A DNA stretch of 44,786 nucleotides from contig CAZWKI010000004.1 of assembly GCA_964634645.1 (NCBI GenBank), positions 1 to 44,786 on the forward strand, given 5' to 3'. Both the position numbers and the translations under genes were made by a program. The notes beneath the pieces were generated by a model. The model made no database searches. It had not been told where the DNA came from and saw nothing but the letters and a program-made list of their open reading frames with translations. Source of the DNA: an uncultured Gammaproteobacteria bacterium (GTDB lineage Bacteria > Patescibacteriota > Patescibacteriia > UBA1558 > S5-K13). This document shows, piece by piece, positions 26,211-34,528 of the stretch (positions are counted from its first letter, which is position 1; each line of letters opens with the position of its first letter).

Positions 26211-27074
26211 TTATTTTAAAATTTGTTTTAAGTATTTTTTGAAATTATTTGCTAGGTCTGGTCTATCTAATGCGTATTCAACGGTTGCTTGTAAATAATT
26301 CAAAGGATCCCCAGTTGTGAGCCATCTTCCATTTTCTACCTCTTTTATATATGCTTTTCCACCATCTCTAATATATTGTTCTACTGCATCGACAAGCCAC
26401 AATTCATTTCCTTTTCCAAGTTTTTGATTTTCCAGAATTTTTAATATTTCTGGGACTATAATAAACCTTCCGAAATCCGCCCATTGTGACGGAGCCTCTT
26501 GTAAGCTTGGTTTTTCTATTATTGTTTCTACTTCATTTTTTGTGCCCTTTTTTATTTTTGCTATTCCATATTTTATAACATCTTTTTTTGGAACTTTTTG
26601 TACACCAAATATTACGCCAGGATTTTTTTGATATTCATTTATTAATTGTTTTGTAAAAGAAATTTTTGATTTTACTAGATCATCTCCAAAAGCATATACG
26701 AATGCTTCATTTCCAATAACAGCTTTCGCACAAAGCGCTGGTGTCCCGTTTCCATATGGACCTTTTTGTCTTATATAAATAAAATTTGCCAGTTCAGAAA
26801 TTTTTTTCATTTGTTTTAATTTGTCTAATTTTCCACTCTTTTCAAGACTATATTCTAACTCAAAATTTCTATCAAAATGATCCTCAAGTGTTTTTTTGTC
26901 CCATCTTGTTACTAGCACTATATCTGTTATTCCAGCTTCAACCATTTCTTCTACAACATATTGAACAATTGGTTTGTCTACTATTGGAAGCATTTCTTTT
27001 GGTTGAGACTTTGTTGCTGGTAAAAACCTAGTTCCACTTCCAGCCACAGCTATAACTGCTTTTGTAATTTTCAT
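26211..27074 (-). CDS. galU: UTP--glucose-1-phosphate uridylyltransferase
   Basis: The AVIAVAGSGTRFLPATKSQPKEMLPIVDKP N-terminal signature is diagnostic. Confidence 0.9.
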   Translation of the reverse strand: MKITKAVIAVAGSGTRFLPATKSQPKEMLPIVDKPIVQYVVEEMVEAGITDIVLVTRWDKKTLEDHFDRNFELEYSLEKSGKLDKLKQMKKISELANFIYIRQKGPYGNGTPALCAKAVIGNEAFVYAFGDDLVKSKISFTKQLINEYQKNPGVIFGVQKVPKKDVIKYGIAKIKKGTKNEVETIIEKPSLQEAPSQWADFGRFIIVPEILKILENQKLGKGNELWLVDAVEQYIRDGGKAYIKEVENGRWLTTGDPLNYLQATVEYALDRPDLANNFKKYLKQILK

Positions 27075-27252
27075 AATAATTATAAGGTTTTAAAGTTTGT
27101 AAAGTTAAATAGTTTATAAAGTTAAAATGTACTTTATAACTTAGTACTTTTAACTTCATTACCTACATTGTTATTATACTATAATTTTTACTACTAATGA
27201 ATACTTATAATTTAAGATTGTCAAAATAAATATATTGTGTTAGTTTATAATT

Positions 27253-28182
27253 ATGCAAAAAGAATTTGAATGTGAAGAAAGCAAAACAAGATTAGATAAA
27301 TTTTTGGTTCTAAATTTGTCCGGTTTGTCTCGTTCAAAAATTCAACACCTAATAGAAAATGGAAATATAAAAGTTAATAATAATATTGTAAACATTAAAC
27401 ATTTTTGGCTTTCAAAAAATGATAAAATAGAAGTTAAAAGTTTGAATATAAAAAATCCAAAAGAAGAGGTTATGGATAAATCAGATTTAGTGAAAAAAAT
27501 AAAAATAATTGATGATTGTGATGATTATGTTGTCTTAGAAAAACCAGCAGGACTTATAGTACATGCCACAAAAGATATAAAAGAATATTCACTTGTTGAT
27601 TTTTTGATAAGCAAATATCCAGAAATAAAGCGCGTTGGAGAGGAAAAAAAATATAGACCAGGAATTGTTCACAGATTAGACAAAAATGTTTCAGGGCTTA
27701 TGATTGTGGCAAAAAGTCAAAAAATGTTCAAACACTTAAAGAGTCAATTTCAAAACAGAGAAATTACAAAAAAATACAAGTGTCTTGTTTATGGTATTTT
27801 TGAAAAAAATGAAGGAATTATAGATTTTCCCATTATTAGATCAAGGCGAAGCGGTAAAATGGTTGCAATGCCAAAAGGTGAATCAGATAGAGACGCTCTT
27901 ACATATTTTTTTGTAGAGAAAAAATTCAATCACTATACTTTTTTAGATGTACAAATAAAAACAGGAAGAAGTCATCAGATAAGAGCCCATATGCACGCAA
28001 TAGACCATCCAATAATAGGAGATGATTTATATAAAAGCAAAAAATATAAAGATAAATTTAATTTAGATAGAATCTTTCTCCATTCATATTATTTAGAATT
28101 TGTAGACCTAGGTGCTGAGAGAAAAAAGTTCAAAATAAAATTACCCAAAGAGCTACAAAATGTAATAGATGATTTGAAGTAG
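27253..28182 (+). CDS. rluD: RluA-family 23S rRNA pseudouridine synthase (RluD-like) with S4 domain
   Basis: N-terminal S4-like segment, HRLDKNVSGLMIVAK catalytic-Asp motif and KTGRSHQIRAHM. Confidence 0.85.
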   Translation: MQKEFECEESKTRLDKFLVLNLSGLSRSKIQHLIENGNIKVNNNIVNIKHFWLSKNDKIEVKSLNIKNPKEEVMDKSDLVKKIKIIDDCDDYVVLEKPAGLIVHATKDIKEYSLVDFLISKYPEIKRVGEEKKYRPGIVHRLDKNVSGLMIVAKSQKMFKHLKSQFQNREITKKYKCLVYGIFEKNEGIIDFPIIRSRRSGKMVAMPKGESDRDALTYFFVEKKFNHYTFLDVQIKTGRSHQIRAHMHAIDHPIIGDDLYKSKKYKDKFNLDRIFLHSYYLEFVDLGAERKKFKIKLPKELQNVIDDLK

Positions 28183-28250
28183 GTTTCAGGTTTTAGATTT
28201 CCCCGCTTCGCCTAAGGCTACGCCGGGGCGAGTAGGTTTCAGATTTTAGA
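28178..28250. repeat. 33-nt GC-rich REP-like palindrome flanked by a 20-bp direct repeat
   Basis: The direct repeats agtaggtttcaggttttaga (28178-28197) and agtaggtttcagattttaga (28231-28250) match at 19 of 20 positions. They flank tttccccgcttcgcctaaggctacgccggggcg (28198-28230). The left repeat overlaps the rluD stop codon. Confidence 0.7.
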
Positions 28251-28303
28251 AAAAATCAGATTATAAATTATTAAATATAATATACTAAAAATAATTAAAA
28301 TAT

Positions 28304-28867
28304 ATGAAAAAATGTTTTTTAATTTCCGGACTTTCTGGTGTTGGGAAAACAACAATCGCTTATGAGATTATAAGAAGAAATCCAAAAATAGAAAAAGTAA
28401 TTACATCAACCACAAGAAATATGAGACCCAATGAGAAAGATGGGAAAGATTATTATTTTTATTTAAAAGAAGAATTTGAAAATATGATAAAAAATGTAGA
28501 GTTTTTTGAATATGCAGAAGTTTATGGAAATTTGTATGGATCAGAAAAAAAAGAAGTTGAAAGAATTTTTGATTCCGGACATATACCATTTTTTGTATGT
28601 GATACGCAGGGTATAAAAAATTTATCAAATGTTGTTGATAATTTAGTTACAATATTTATAGTTCCTGATTCATTTTCAAACTTGGAAAAAAGAATATGGG
28701 GACGCATTGGCTCCAGTGGAGATGACACAGAAAAGAGATTAAAAGAAGCTAGAGAAGAAATGAAATATGCAGATATTTGCGATTATAAGGTTGTTAATGA
28801 AGAGGGGAAATTAGACAAAGCAGTTGATGAGGTTTTGGGCATAATAGAAAAAGAATTGATAAATTGA
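28304..28867 (+). CDS. gmk: Guanylate kinase
   Basis: GLSGVGKTT P-loop and TTRNMRPNEKDGKDYYF guanylate-kinase signature. Confidence 0.9.
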   Translation: MKKCFLISGLSGVGKTTIAYEIIRRNPKIEKVITSTTRNMRPNEKDGKDYYFYLKEEFENMIKNVEFFEYAEVYGNLYGSEKKEVERIFDSGHIPFFVCDTQGIKNLSNVVDNLVTIFIVPDSFSNLEKRIWGRIGSSGDDTEKRLKEAREEMKYADICDYKVVNEEGKLDKAVDEVLGIIEKELIN

Positions 28868-28896
28868 TATTTATAAAATAGTATAGTTTTTTATTG

Positions 28897-28970
28897 GCAC
28901 TCGTAGCTTAATTGGATAAAGCACCTGGCTTCGGACCAGGGGACTGTGGGTTCGACTCCTACCGAGTGCG
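28897..28970 (+). tRNA. tRNA-Arg (anticodon UCG), CCA encoded at 28971-28973
   Basis: Hand-folded. Acceptor gcactcg/cgagtgc, anticodon arm cctgg-cttcgga-ccagg, T arm gtggg-ttcgact-cctac. Length 74 nt. Confidence 0.85.
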
Positions 28971-29107
28971 CCAAAATAATTGATTTTTTTACAATTTGTG
29001 ATAATCTTATATTAATTTCAATTTACAATTTTGTAATTTTTAATTTATTTATTATTTGTTTCTATAAATTGAAAATTGCAAAATAGTGAATTAAAAATAT
29101 TTTATGC

Positions 29108-29146
29108 GTCGTTTCCGCTTTCGCTAAAGCTTCAGCGGACGAGTAG
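29108..29146. repeat. REP-like GC-rich hairpin with 3' GTAG flank
   Basis: The 26-mer tccgctttcgctaaagcttcagcgga (29114-29139) is followed by cgagtagagg. The same 26-mer occurs at 3057-3082, and a related element with the flank cgagtaggtt occurs at 28198-28236. Confidence 0.55.
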
Positions 29147-29208
29147 AGGTTTTATTTAATTTTGTTATGTTTTTTGAGAATTATGGTATTGTTTACGTAT
29201 ATTAATGT

Positions 29209-29281
29209 GCGCCGTTAGCTCAGTTGGTAGAGCAGTTGCCTCTTAAGCAAACGGTCGCAGGTTCGAATCCTGCACGGCGTA
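29209..29281 (+). tRNA. tRNA-Lys (anticodon CUU), CCA encoded at 29282-29284
   Basis: Hand-folded. Acceptor gcgccgt/acggcgt (G-U first pair), D arm gctc-agttggta-gagc, anticodon loop ctcttaa, T arm gcagg-ttcgaat-cctgc. Confidence 0.85.
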
Positions 29282-29338
29282 CCACCCTTTGAGAGGTTCG
29301 AGAGACCTCAACACCTTGTCGTGGCAAGAACCATGAAA

Positions 29339-29366
29339 TACCTAGAAATAGGTGTTTTTTTGTTTT
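29339..29366 (+). terminator. Intrinsic terminator after tRNA-Lys
   Basis: Stem tacct(29339-29343)/aggtg(29050+300=29350-29354) followed by tttttttgttttt. A longer alternative stem acacct/aggtgt is also possible. Confidence 0.45.
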
Positions 29367-29416
29367 TGAAAATGTTAATATAAATATATTAAATAAATTA
29401 TATGTGATTATTCGTT

Positions 29417-30427
29417 ATGGATAATATGATTATCAAAAGAAAAGACTTAATGAAAAAAATAGAGATTGGAAGGCCACATCTGGTACTACTTGGTGCTGGT
29501 GCAAGTAGAGCAGCATTTCCAAACGGAGATAAAAATGGAATTCAATTACCCCTAATGAATGATCTGTTTAATATTATTGATTTAGAATTTTTAATAGAAA
29601 AATATAACATCGACGTTCAAAATGATAATTTTGAAGAGTTCTTTAGTAATTTATATGAGCGTGAAGATAATAAAATAATTGCTAATGAGGTAGAAAAGGA
29701 AATTTTTAATTTTTTTAAAAAATTGGAGCTGCCAGAAGAACCAACTATATATGATTATTTAGTATTATCTCTAAGGAAAAAAGATGTTATAGCGACTTTT
29801 AATTGGGATCCATTTTTATGGTTAGCTGCTAGAAGAAATTATGGCGTTGTTGATTTGCCGCACCTAATTTTTTTACATGGGAATGTAGTGGTTGGATATT
29901 GCCATAATTGTAAAATAAAGGGCCAAATCAATTATGAATGCCCACAATGTGGTCAATTATATACCCCATCTCATCTTTTGTATCCGGTTAAGAAAAAAGA
30001 CTATGACTCTGATCCGGCTATCGCTGGAGAGTGGACTATGATAAAAGAATATATGAAACATGCATATATATTTTCAATCTTTGGTTATAGTGCTCCAACA
30101 ACAGATATAGAAGCAATGAATATTTTTAAAACTGCATGGGGAGGAACGGGCAATAGAAATTTTGAACAGATAGAATTTATCCATAAACCCAATAGTAGCG
30201 AAGATGATGTTATTAATCCCTGGAAAGATTTTATTCATTCTCATCATTATGATATTACAGATGATTTCTTTAAATCTATAATGAGTAGATATCCAAGAAG
30301 AACTTGCGATGCTTTTTGGGCAGCCACTATGGAAGTAAGATTCGTTGAAAATAATTACCCACCAAAAAATGTTGATTTAATAACTTTGCAAAATTGGTTT
30401 AGAAAATTTAAAGAATACGAGAATTAA
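29417..30427 (+). CDS. SIR2-family (sirtuin-like) NAD-binding protein with Cys4 zinc ribbon
   Basis: The motifs LLGAGASRAAF (GAGxS), ATFNWDP (TxNxD-like), FLHGN (catalytic His) and CHNC-x14-CPQC (Zn ribbon) are followed by IFGYSAPTTD. Their order and spacing match the sirtuin/SIR2_2 fold. Confidence 0.7.
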   Translation: MDNMIIKRKDLMKKIEIGRPHLVLLGAGASRAAFPNGDKNGIQLPLMNDLFNIIDLEFLIEKYNIDVQNDNFEEFFSNLYEREDNKIIANEVEKEIFNFFKKLELPEEPTIYDYLVLSLRKKDVIATFNWDPFLWLAARRNYGVVDLPHLIFLHGNVVVGYCHNCKIKGQINYECPQCGQLYTPSHLLYPVKKKDYDSDPAIAGEWTMIKEYMKHAYIFSIFGYSAPTTDIEAMNIFKTAWGGTGNRNFEQIEFIHKPNSSEDDVINPWKDFIHSHHYDITDDFFKSIMSRYPRRTCDAFWAATMEVRFVENNYPPKNVDLITLQNWFRKFKEYEN

Positions 30428-31000
30428 ATGATTAATAATGACATAAAATATAAATTTTTTTTGATTAGTCATCATGATAATAAACCCCATTTAATTTTTA
30501 CTATTAAGTTTGATAAAGATAATGTTTATTTTATTAATTCGGGATTCATAAAAAATTTTAAAACTAAGATTAGTTATCATACGCCTAGACTACCTAGCAA
30601 CAAATCTCAAGTACATTTCAAAGTAAACGATAGACGTATTAATGACGCTGATTTATGTTGTCCAGCGAATGAAATAAAGGGTGTGCGATATTTTGGTGGT
30701 AGTGGTACCCCATTAGATCAATTGATAAACTTACCAATTTTTAAAAAAGAAAAGAGGGGCGAAAAATGTTTTATCTTTGATAGTAGAAAATTACGCATGA
30801 GTCATTTATCAAGCATACAATGGTCATGGTTCTTTGTAGAGCCAGATCAAGAAGAATCATTATATAAACACCCTATTATAGATAATGGTGACAGTGAATT
30901 TTCAGAAAGTATGCATATTCAACTTATCAAAGAAACCATCCCCTGGGTTGGTATAGAATATATTAGAATAAGAGAAGAAAACCCCATATGGTATAAGTAA
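30428..31000 (+). CDS. Hypothetical protein translationally coupled to the SIR2-like gene
   Basis: The ATG directly abuts the SIR2 stop codon (TAAATG at 30425-30430). The protein is 190 aa with no TM segment and no motif I recognise. The pair shares the terminator at 31035-31066. Confidence 0.5.
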   Translation: MINNDIKYKFFLISHHDNKPHLIFTIKFDKDNVYFINSGFIKNFKTKISYHTPRLPSNKSQVHFKVNDRRINDADLCCPANEIKGVRYFGGSGTPLDQLINLPIFKKEKRGEKCFIFDSRKLRMSHLSSIQWSWFFVEPDQEESLYKHPIIDNGDSEFSESMHIQLIKETIPWVGIEYIRIREENPIWYK

Positions 31001-31034
31001 TTATTTTGTCGAGGCATTGTTATAATTTAAAATT

Positions 31035-31066
31035 TAAAACTCTCGGAAATGAGTTTTTTTTGTTTT
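31035..31066 (+). terminator. Intrinsic terminator closing the SIR2 two-gene operon
   Basis: Stem aaaactc(31036-31042)/gagtttt(31051-31057) followed by a long T-run. Confidence 0.55.
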
Positions 31067-31132
31067 AATCTTAAATTGATTTTTGAGTTTAAATGTGAGA
31101 TTATTAAAATATAAAGATTTGAATTTAAAATA

Positions 31133-31549
31133 ATGGAAAAACGGATCACAGAAGATTTTGTAAAAAATGCAATAATAAAATGGCTTTCTGCAAATGGTTG
31201 GGGATATTTTCATTTTGGTGGTTTACATGACCATGGAGTTGATATCAAGGCGAAGCGTCATGGATATTCTAGATATTTTTTTATAGAAACAAAGGGAGAT
31301 GGAAGTAGGAGAGAAATGAATGAAAATTATTTTATTTATTCTCTTGGCCAGATTATTACAAGAATTAAAGATTCTAAAACAACAAGAAATTATTATGCTC
31401 TTGGATTACCAGAAAGTATATCAAAAATAGCAATTAGAAGAATTCCATGGCAAGTATCAAAAAAACTTTTACTTTTTATTCTTTCAGTAAATAAACAAGG
31501 TAAGGTTCAACAATATAGTTGGCAAGATCTAAAAAATTTACAAGAATAG
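31133..31549 (+). CDS. Small PD-(D/E)xK-fold nuclease-like protein
   Basis: HGVDIKAKRHGYSRYFFIETKG gives a D...ExK arrangement after an alpha-helical N-terminus, like Hjc, Mrr and YraN-type restriction-endonuclease folds. Confidence 0.45.
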   Translation: MEKRITEDFVKNAIIKWLSANGWGYFHFGGLHDHGVDIKAKRHGYSRYFFIETKGDGSRREMNENYFIYSLGQIITRIKDSKTTRNYYALGLPESISKIAIRRIPWQVSKKLLLFILSVNKQGKVQQYSWQDLKNLQE

Positions 31550-31576
31550 ATTAGTTTTTTATAAATATTATATATA

Positions 31577-33205
31577 ATGTCTATCTCTAAAGAATTATCT
31601 TATTTATTAGGTTTAATGGTTGGTAGGGGCCATATCTTTTCTAATAGCAACATATTAGCTATTGAGTTTTCTCACACAAATGAATTTTCTTATGGTATCG
31701 CTCATTGCCCAACATGTGGTTATTTAGCTACTAAACAGGGTGATGGTTTAATATGTAAAAATAAAAATTGTAAAAAATCAGTTAATTCAAATAATAGAAA
31801 AATTTATAACCAACCCTTGTCAACAGTATCATCTTTAAAGAATGTAATTATACCCTTTTTATCTAATTCTATTGAGGCAGACTATGACATTTCCGGTAAT
31901 AATGCTTTAACGCTTTTGATAATAGATTTTCATAAAAATAAAAAGGATTTCGACAATATAAAAACTTATTTAAACAATGAGTCTAGTTTTGACAGTTTTC
32001 ACATTCCAGACATTATTAAAAAATCTGACGAGTATTTAAAAATAGAATTTATCAATGGCTTATTAGATACAGCCGGGTTTCCATCTCCTGGTGGTTGGTT
32101 AAATCGTGACGGTAAAAATGGTCATGGTCGTATGAGAGTTTATTTTCAATTTGTAAGAAATTGGTATTTGCCCGTTGAAGTAGACAATTTTCTTAGAAAA
32201 GAATTTTCTTTACCTATTCATACTATTGATTGGGGTCATCCAAATATTCGAGATGCAAACATGGAAGATTATTTTAATGCTAGGCCAACTAGCTGGAGCA
32301 GAGAACATCAGGTAAAATTTTTTCCAGAGTATTATAAAACATTTCATTTTAGAATTTCTTATAAACAAGAATTATTTAAAGAACTAATTACTCATAATGA
32401 AAAAGTGATTTTTACATCCCGAGATGATTGGTTTCCTCCTAGCTCTATTGGAATTAAAAAAATTAAGGCATATCATCCAGGAGAAGAAGATGTAAGAATC
32501 CCAGAACCTGCAAGGAAACACTTTAATGCGTTTTGGCAGATTAATTTAGCCATGGGTTGTGAATATATAACTGGTCTAGTTGATAAAGCAAAAAATAAAG
32601 AGGCTTTTATGCTGACGGGAGAAGATAAAAAGATTGATATTGAAAAGATCAAGAAGTTATTTGATATACAAAGTACGAAAATGCAGAAAGAAATTTTTGC
32701 AAAATATGAATCTGTGGAGAAAAAACAATCATTGAAACAATGTTTTGTAAAAAATGAAAAGGAAAAACAGCTATATCTACCATTAACAGAGTATTTAAAA
32801 ATATATATAAAAGAACACTATGATGAGGAATCTGACGTTTTTGATACGTCAGCTAATAACTTAAACTTATTTTTAAAAAACAAAAATAAAGAACTCTTTG
32901 GTGTATTTGATTATTGTGAAAAATTTAGAATTAAACCAGATGTAGTAGGTTTTTTAGTTAACTCCAAAAAAATTATTTTCGTTGAGGCAAAAATAATTGC
33001 GCTTGATTTAAAGTCTCTTGGGCAATTAATAGGCTATTGTTTTGTAGCTAAGCCCGAAGAAGCAATTCTTGTTTCATCTCAGCGACCGTCAATCTCACTG
33101 ATTAAAATTTTGAAAGCAAGACCAGATTTATTGGAATATGATGATGGTAAGAAAATTAAGCTAGGTGTCTGGGAGAACAACAAGATTTCTTTAATAGAAT
33201 TATAA
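31577..33205 (+). CDS. Multidomain protein: LAGLIDADG-like double motif with inserted zinc ribbon, plus C-terminal NucS/RecB-like PD-(D/E)xK nuclease domain
   Basis: YLLGLMVGRGHI (degenerate first LAGLIDADG motif; compare I-DmoI YLLGLIIGDGG) and FINGLLDTAGF (second motif). Zinc ribbon CPTCG...CKNKNC. The C-terminal KPDVVGF...IFVEAK...GQLIGY gives D, ExK and QxxxY motifs. Confidence 0.5.
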   Translation: MSISKELSYLLGLMVGRGHIFSNSNILAIEFSHTNEFSYGIAHCPTCGYLATKQGDGLICKNKNCKKSVNSNNRKIYNQPLSTVSSLKNVIIPFLSNSIEADYDISGNNALTLLIIDFHKNKKDFDNIKTYLNNESSFDSFHIPDIIKKSDEYLKIEFINGLLDTAGFPSPGGWLNRDGKNGHGRMRVYFQFVRNWYLPVEVDNFLRKEFSLPIHTIDWGHPNIRDANMEDYFNARPTSWSREHQVKFFPEYYKTFHFRISYKQELFKELITHNEKVIFTSRDDWFPPSSIGIKKIKAYHPGEEDVRIPEPARKHFNAFWQINLAMGCEYITGLVDKAKNKEAFMLTGEDKKIDIEKIKKLFDIQSTKMQKEIFAKYESVEKKQSLKQCFVKNEKEKQLYLPLTEYLKIYIKEHYDEESDVFDTSANNLNLFLKNKNKELFGVFDYCEKFRIKPDVVGFLVNSKKIIFVEAKIIALDLKSLGQLIGYCFVAKPEEAILVSSQRPSISLIKILKARPDLLEYDDGKKIKLGVWENNKISLIEL

Positions 33206-33209
33206 AAAT

Positions 33210-33713
33210 ATGGATAAAAAAATGTTATCTTTATCGATTAAAAAATGGCTTGGGAAATTTTTAGAACAAAAATATTCCCAAGACTATGATATTATCGATG
33301 TCATTATCCCAGAATCTAATTTATCTAAACTTCCAATATCATCAATTAAATCTTGTGAAAATTATTCATCTTGGGAATTTAAACCAGATGTTCTTGGGAT
33401 ATTAAAAAATAAAAATAACTCAAAAATAGAGTTAGTTTTAGTAAATAGGTCTACTAGTTCTTTGAGCCTTAAGGAAATAGGTGAAATATATTGTTATTCA
33501 AAACTAGTAAATGCAAAGATATCATTTTTGATATCAGCAAATGGTGTGTCCAATGAAGTTAATATTTTATTAGTTGATGAAAAAATAAGAAATAAACTAC
33601 TTAACTATTCCTTGGACAATGAAATTATAATTTGTTCATGGGATAAAAATAAAGAAGGTATAAATGAAGATTTAGTCATTCCTCTAGATAAAAAAGGATT
33701 TATATCTTTGTGA
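33210..33713 (+). CDS. Paralogue of the C-terminal nuclease domain of the preceding gene with a degenerate active site
   Basis: KKWLGKFLEQKYSQDYDIIDV...FKPDVLGIL...LVLVNRS...GEIYCY aligns by eye with EYLKIYIKEHYDEESDVFDT...IKPDVVGFL...IFVEAKI...GQLIGY. The ExK residues are replaced (N-R-S). Confidence 0.45.
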   Translation: MDKKMLSLSIKKWLGKFLEQKYSQDYDIIDVIIPESNLSKLPISSIKSCENYSSWEFKPDVLGILKNKNNSKIELVLVNRSTSSLSLKEIGEIYCYSKLVNAKISFLISANGVSNEVNILLVDEKIRNKLLNYSLDNEIIICSWDKNKEGINEDLVIPLDKKGFISL

Positions 33714-33714
33714 T

Positions 33715-34524
33715 TTATTTTCGTTTCCAATATATACAAATATATTCGTGAACTTTATTAAATCTGAATACATAAGGATAGCCCAATGTTTTCATATTGT
33801 TGTATTCTTTTTGTCTATCCCAAATTACATACTCTTCTAATTCAAATCCGATTTCTCTCATTATTCTTGTTTGATCTTCATGAAAAGGATAAAACTTATC
33901 TTTTTTTCTTATATCCATTACAACACTGCAGCATCTTTTATTTGGTTTTAATGCTCTATATACCCCCCTATAAATATTTTTTAAATCTTCTAAAAAATCT
34001 TCGTAACTAACCGTATTACCAATGTCCTTTTTTGAACCAGAATAATTTTTTTTATTTTTATTGTCCGCGGTTCTTTTCATATTTAATATATCCCAATATG
34101 GTGGAGACGTAACGACCAAATCAACTGAGTTGTCTTTAATATATTTATTTAAATTTCTAGCATCGTCATTATATATTTCTGGCTGAAAAAAATCTTTCCT
34201 TTTTTTACTAAAGAGATCTTCTTGTATTATTTCAACTCTTTTTTTTGCTATTTTACAATATTCTTTGTTTAAGTCTATTCCAATGCCTCTCTTGCCTAAT
34301 TTATAGGCAGCTTTAAGTGTTGACCCTATTCCTAAAAAAGGATCTAATATTATTTCACCAGGATTTTTTGTATATATGTTGATCAATTTTTCCGCTAATT
34401 GCTCTGGGAACATTGCCGGATGTTTAAGCTTCCTCTCTTCTGAAGTTTTATTTATTTCTCTCCAAATAGTAAACGAGTTTTGCAACCATTCTTTCCCAGA
34501 AAAATTATTCATTCTTTCTGCCAT
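33715..34524 (-). CDS. N4/N6 DNA methyltransferase (N6_N4_Mtase family) with SAM-binding block before the SPPY block
   Basis: HPAMFPEQLAEKLI and LDPFLGIGST (SAM-binding) are in the N-terminal half. DLVVTSPPY (catalytic motif IV) is in the C-terminal half. Confidence 0.8.
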   Translation of the reverse strand: MAERMNNFSGKEWLQNSFTIWREINKTSEERKLKHPAMFPEQLAEKLINIYTKNPGEIILDPFLGIGSTLKAAYKLGKRGIGIDLNKEYCKIAKKRVEIIQEDLFSKKRKDFFQPEIYNDDARNLNKYIKDNSVDLVVTSPPYWDILNMKRTADNKNKKNYSGSKKDIGNTVSYEDFLEDLKNIYRGVYRALKPNKRCCSVVMDIRKKDKFYPFHEDQTRIMREIGFELEEYVIWDRQKEYNNMKTLGYPYVFRFNKVHEYICIYWKRK

Positions 34525-34528
34525 AAAG

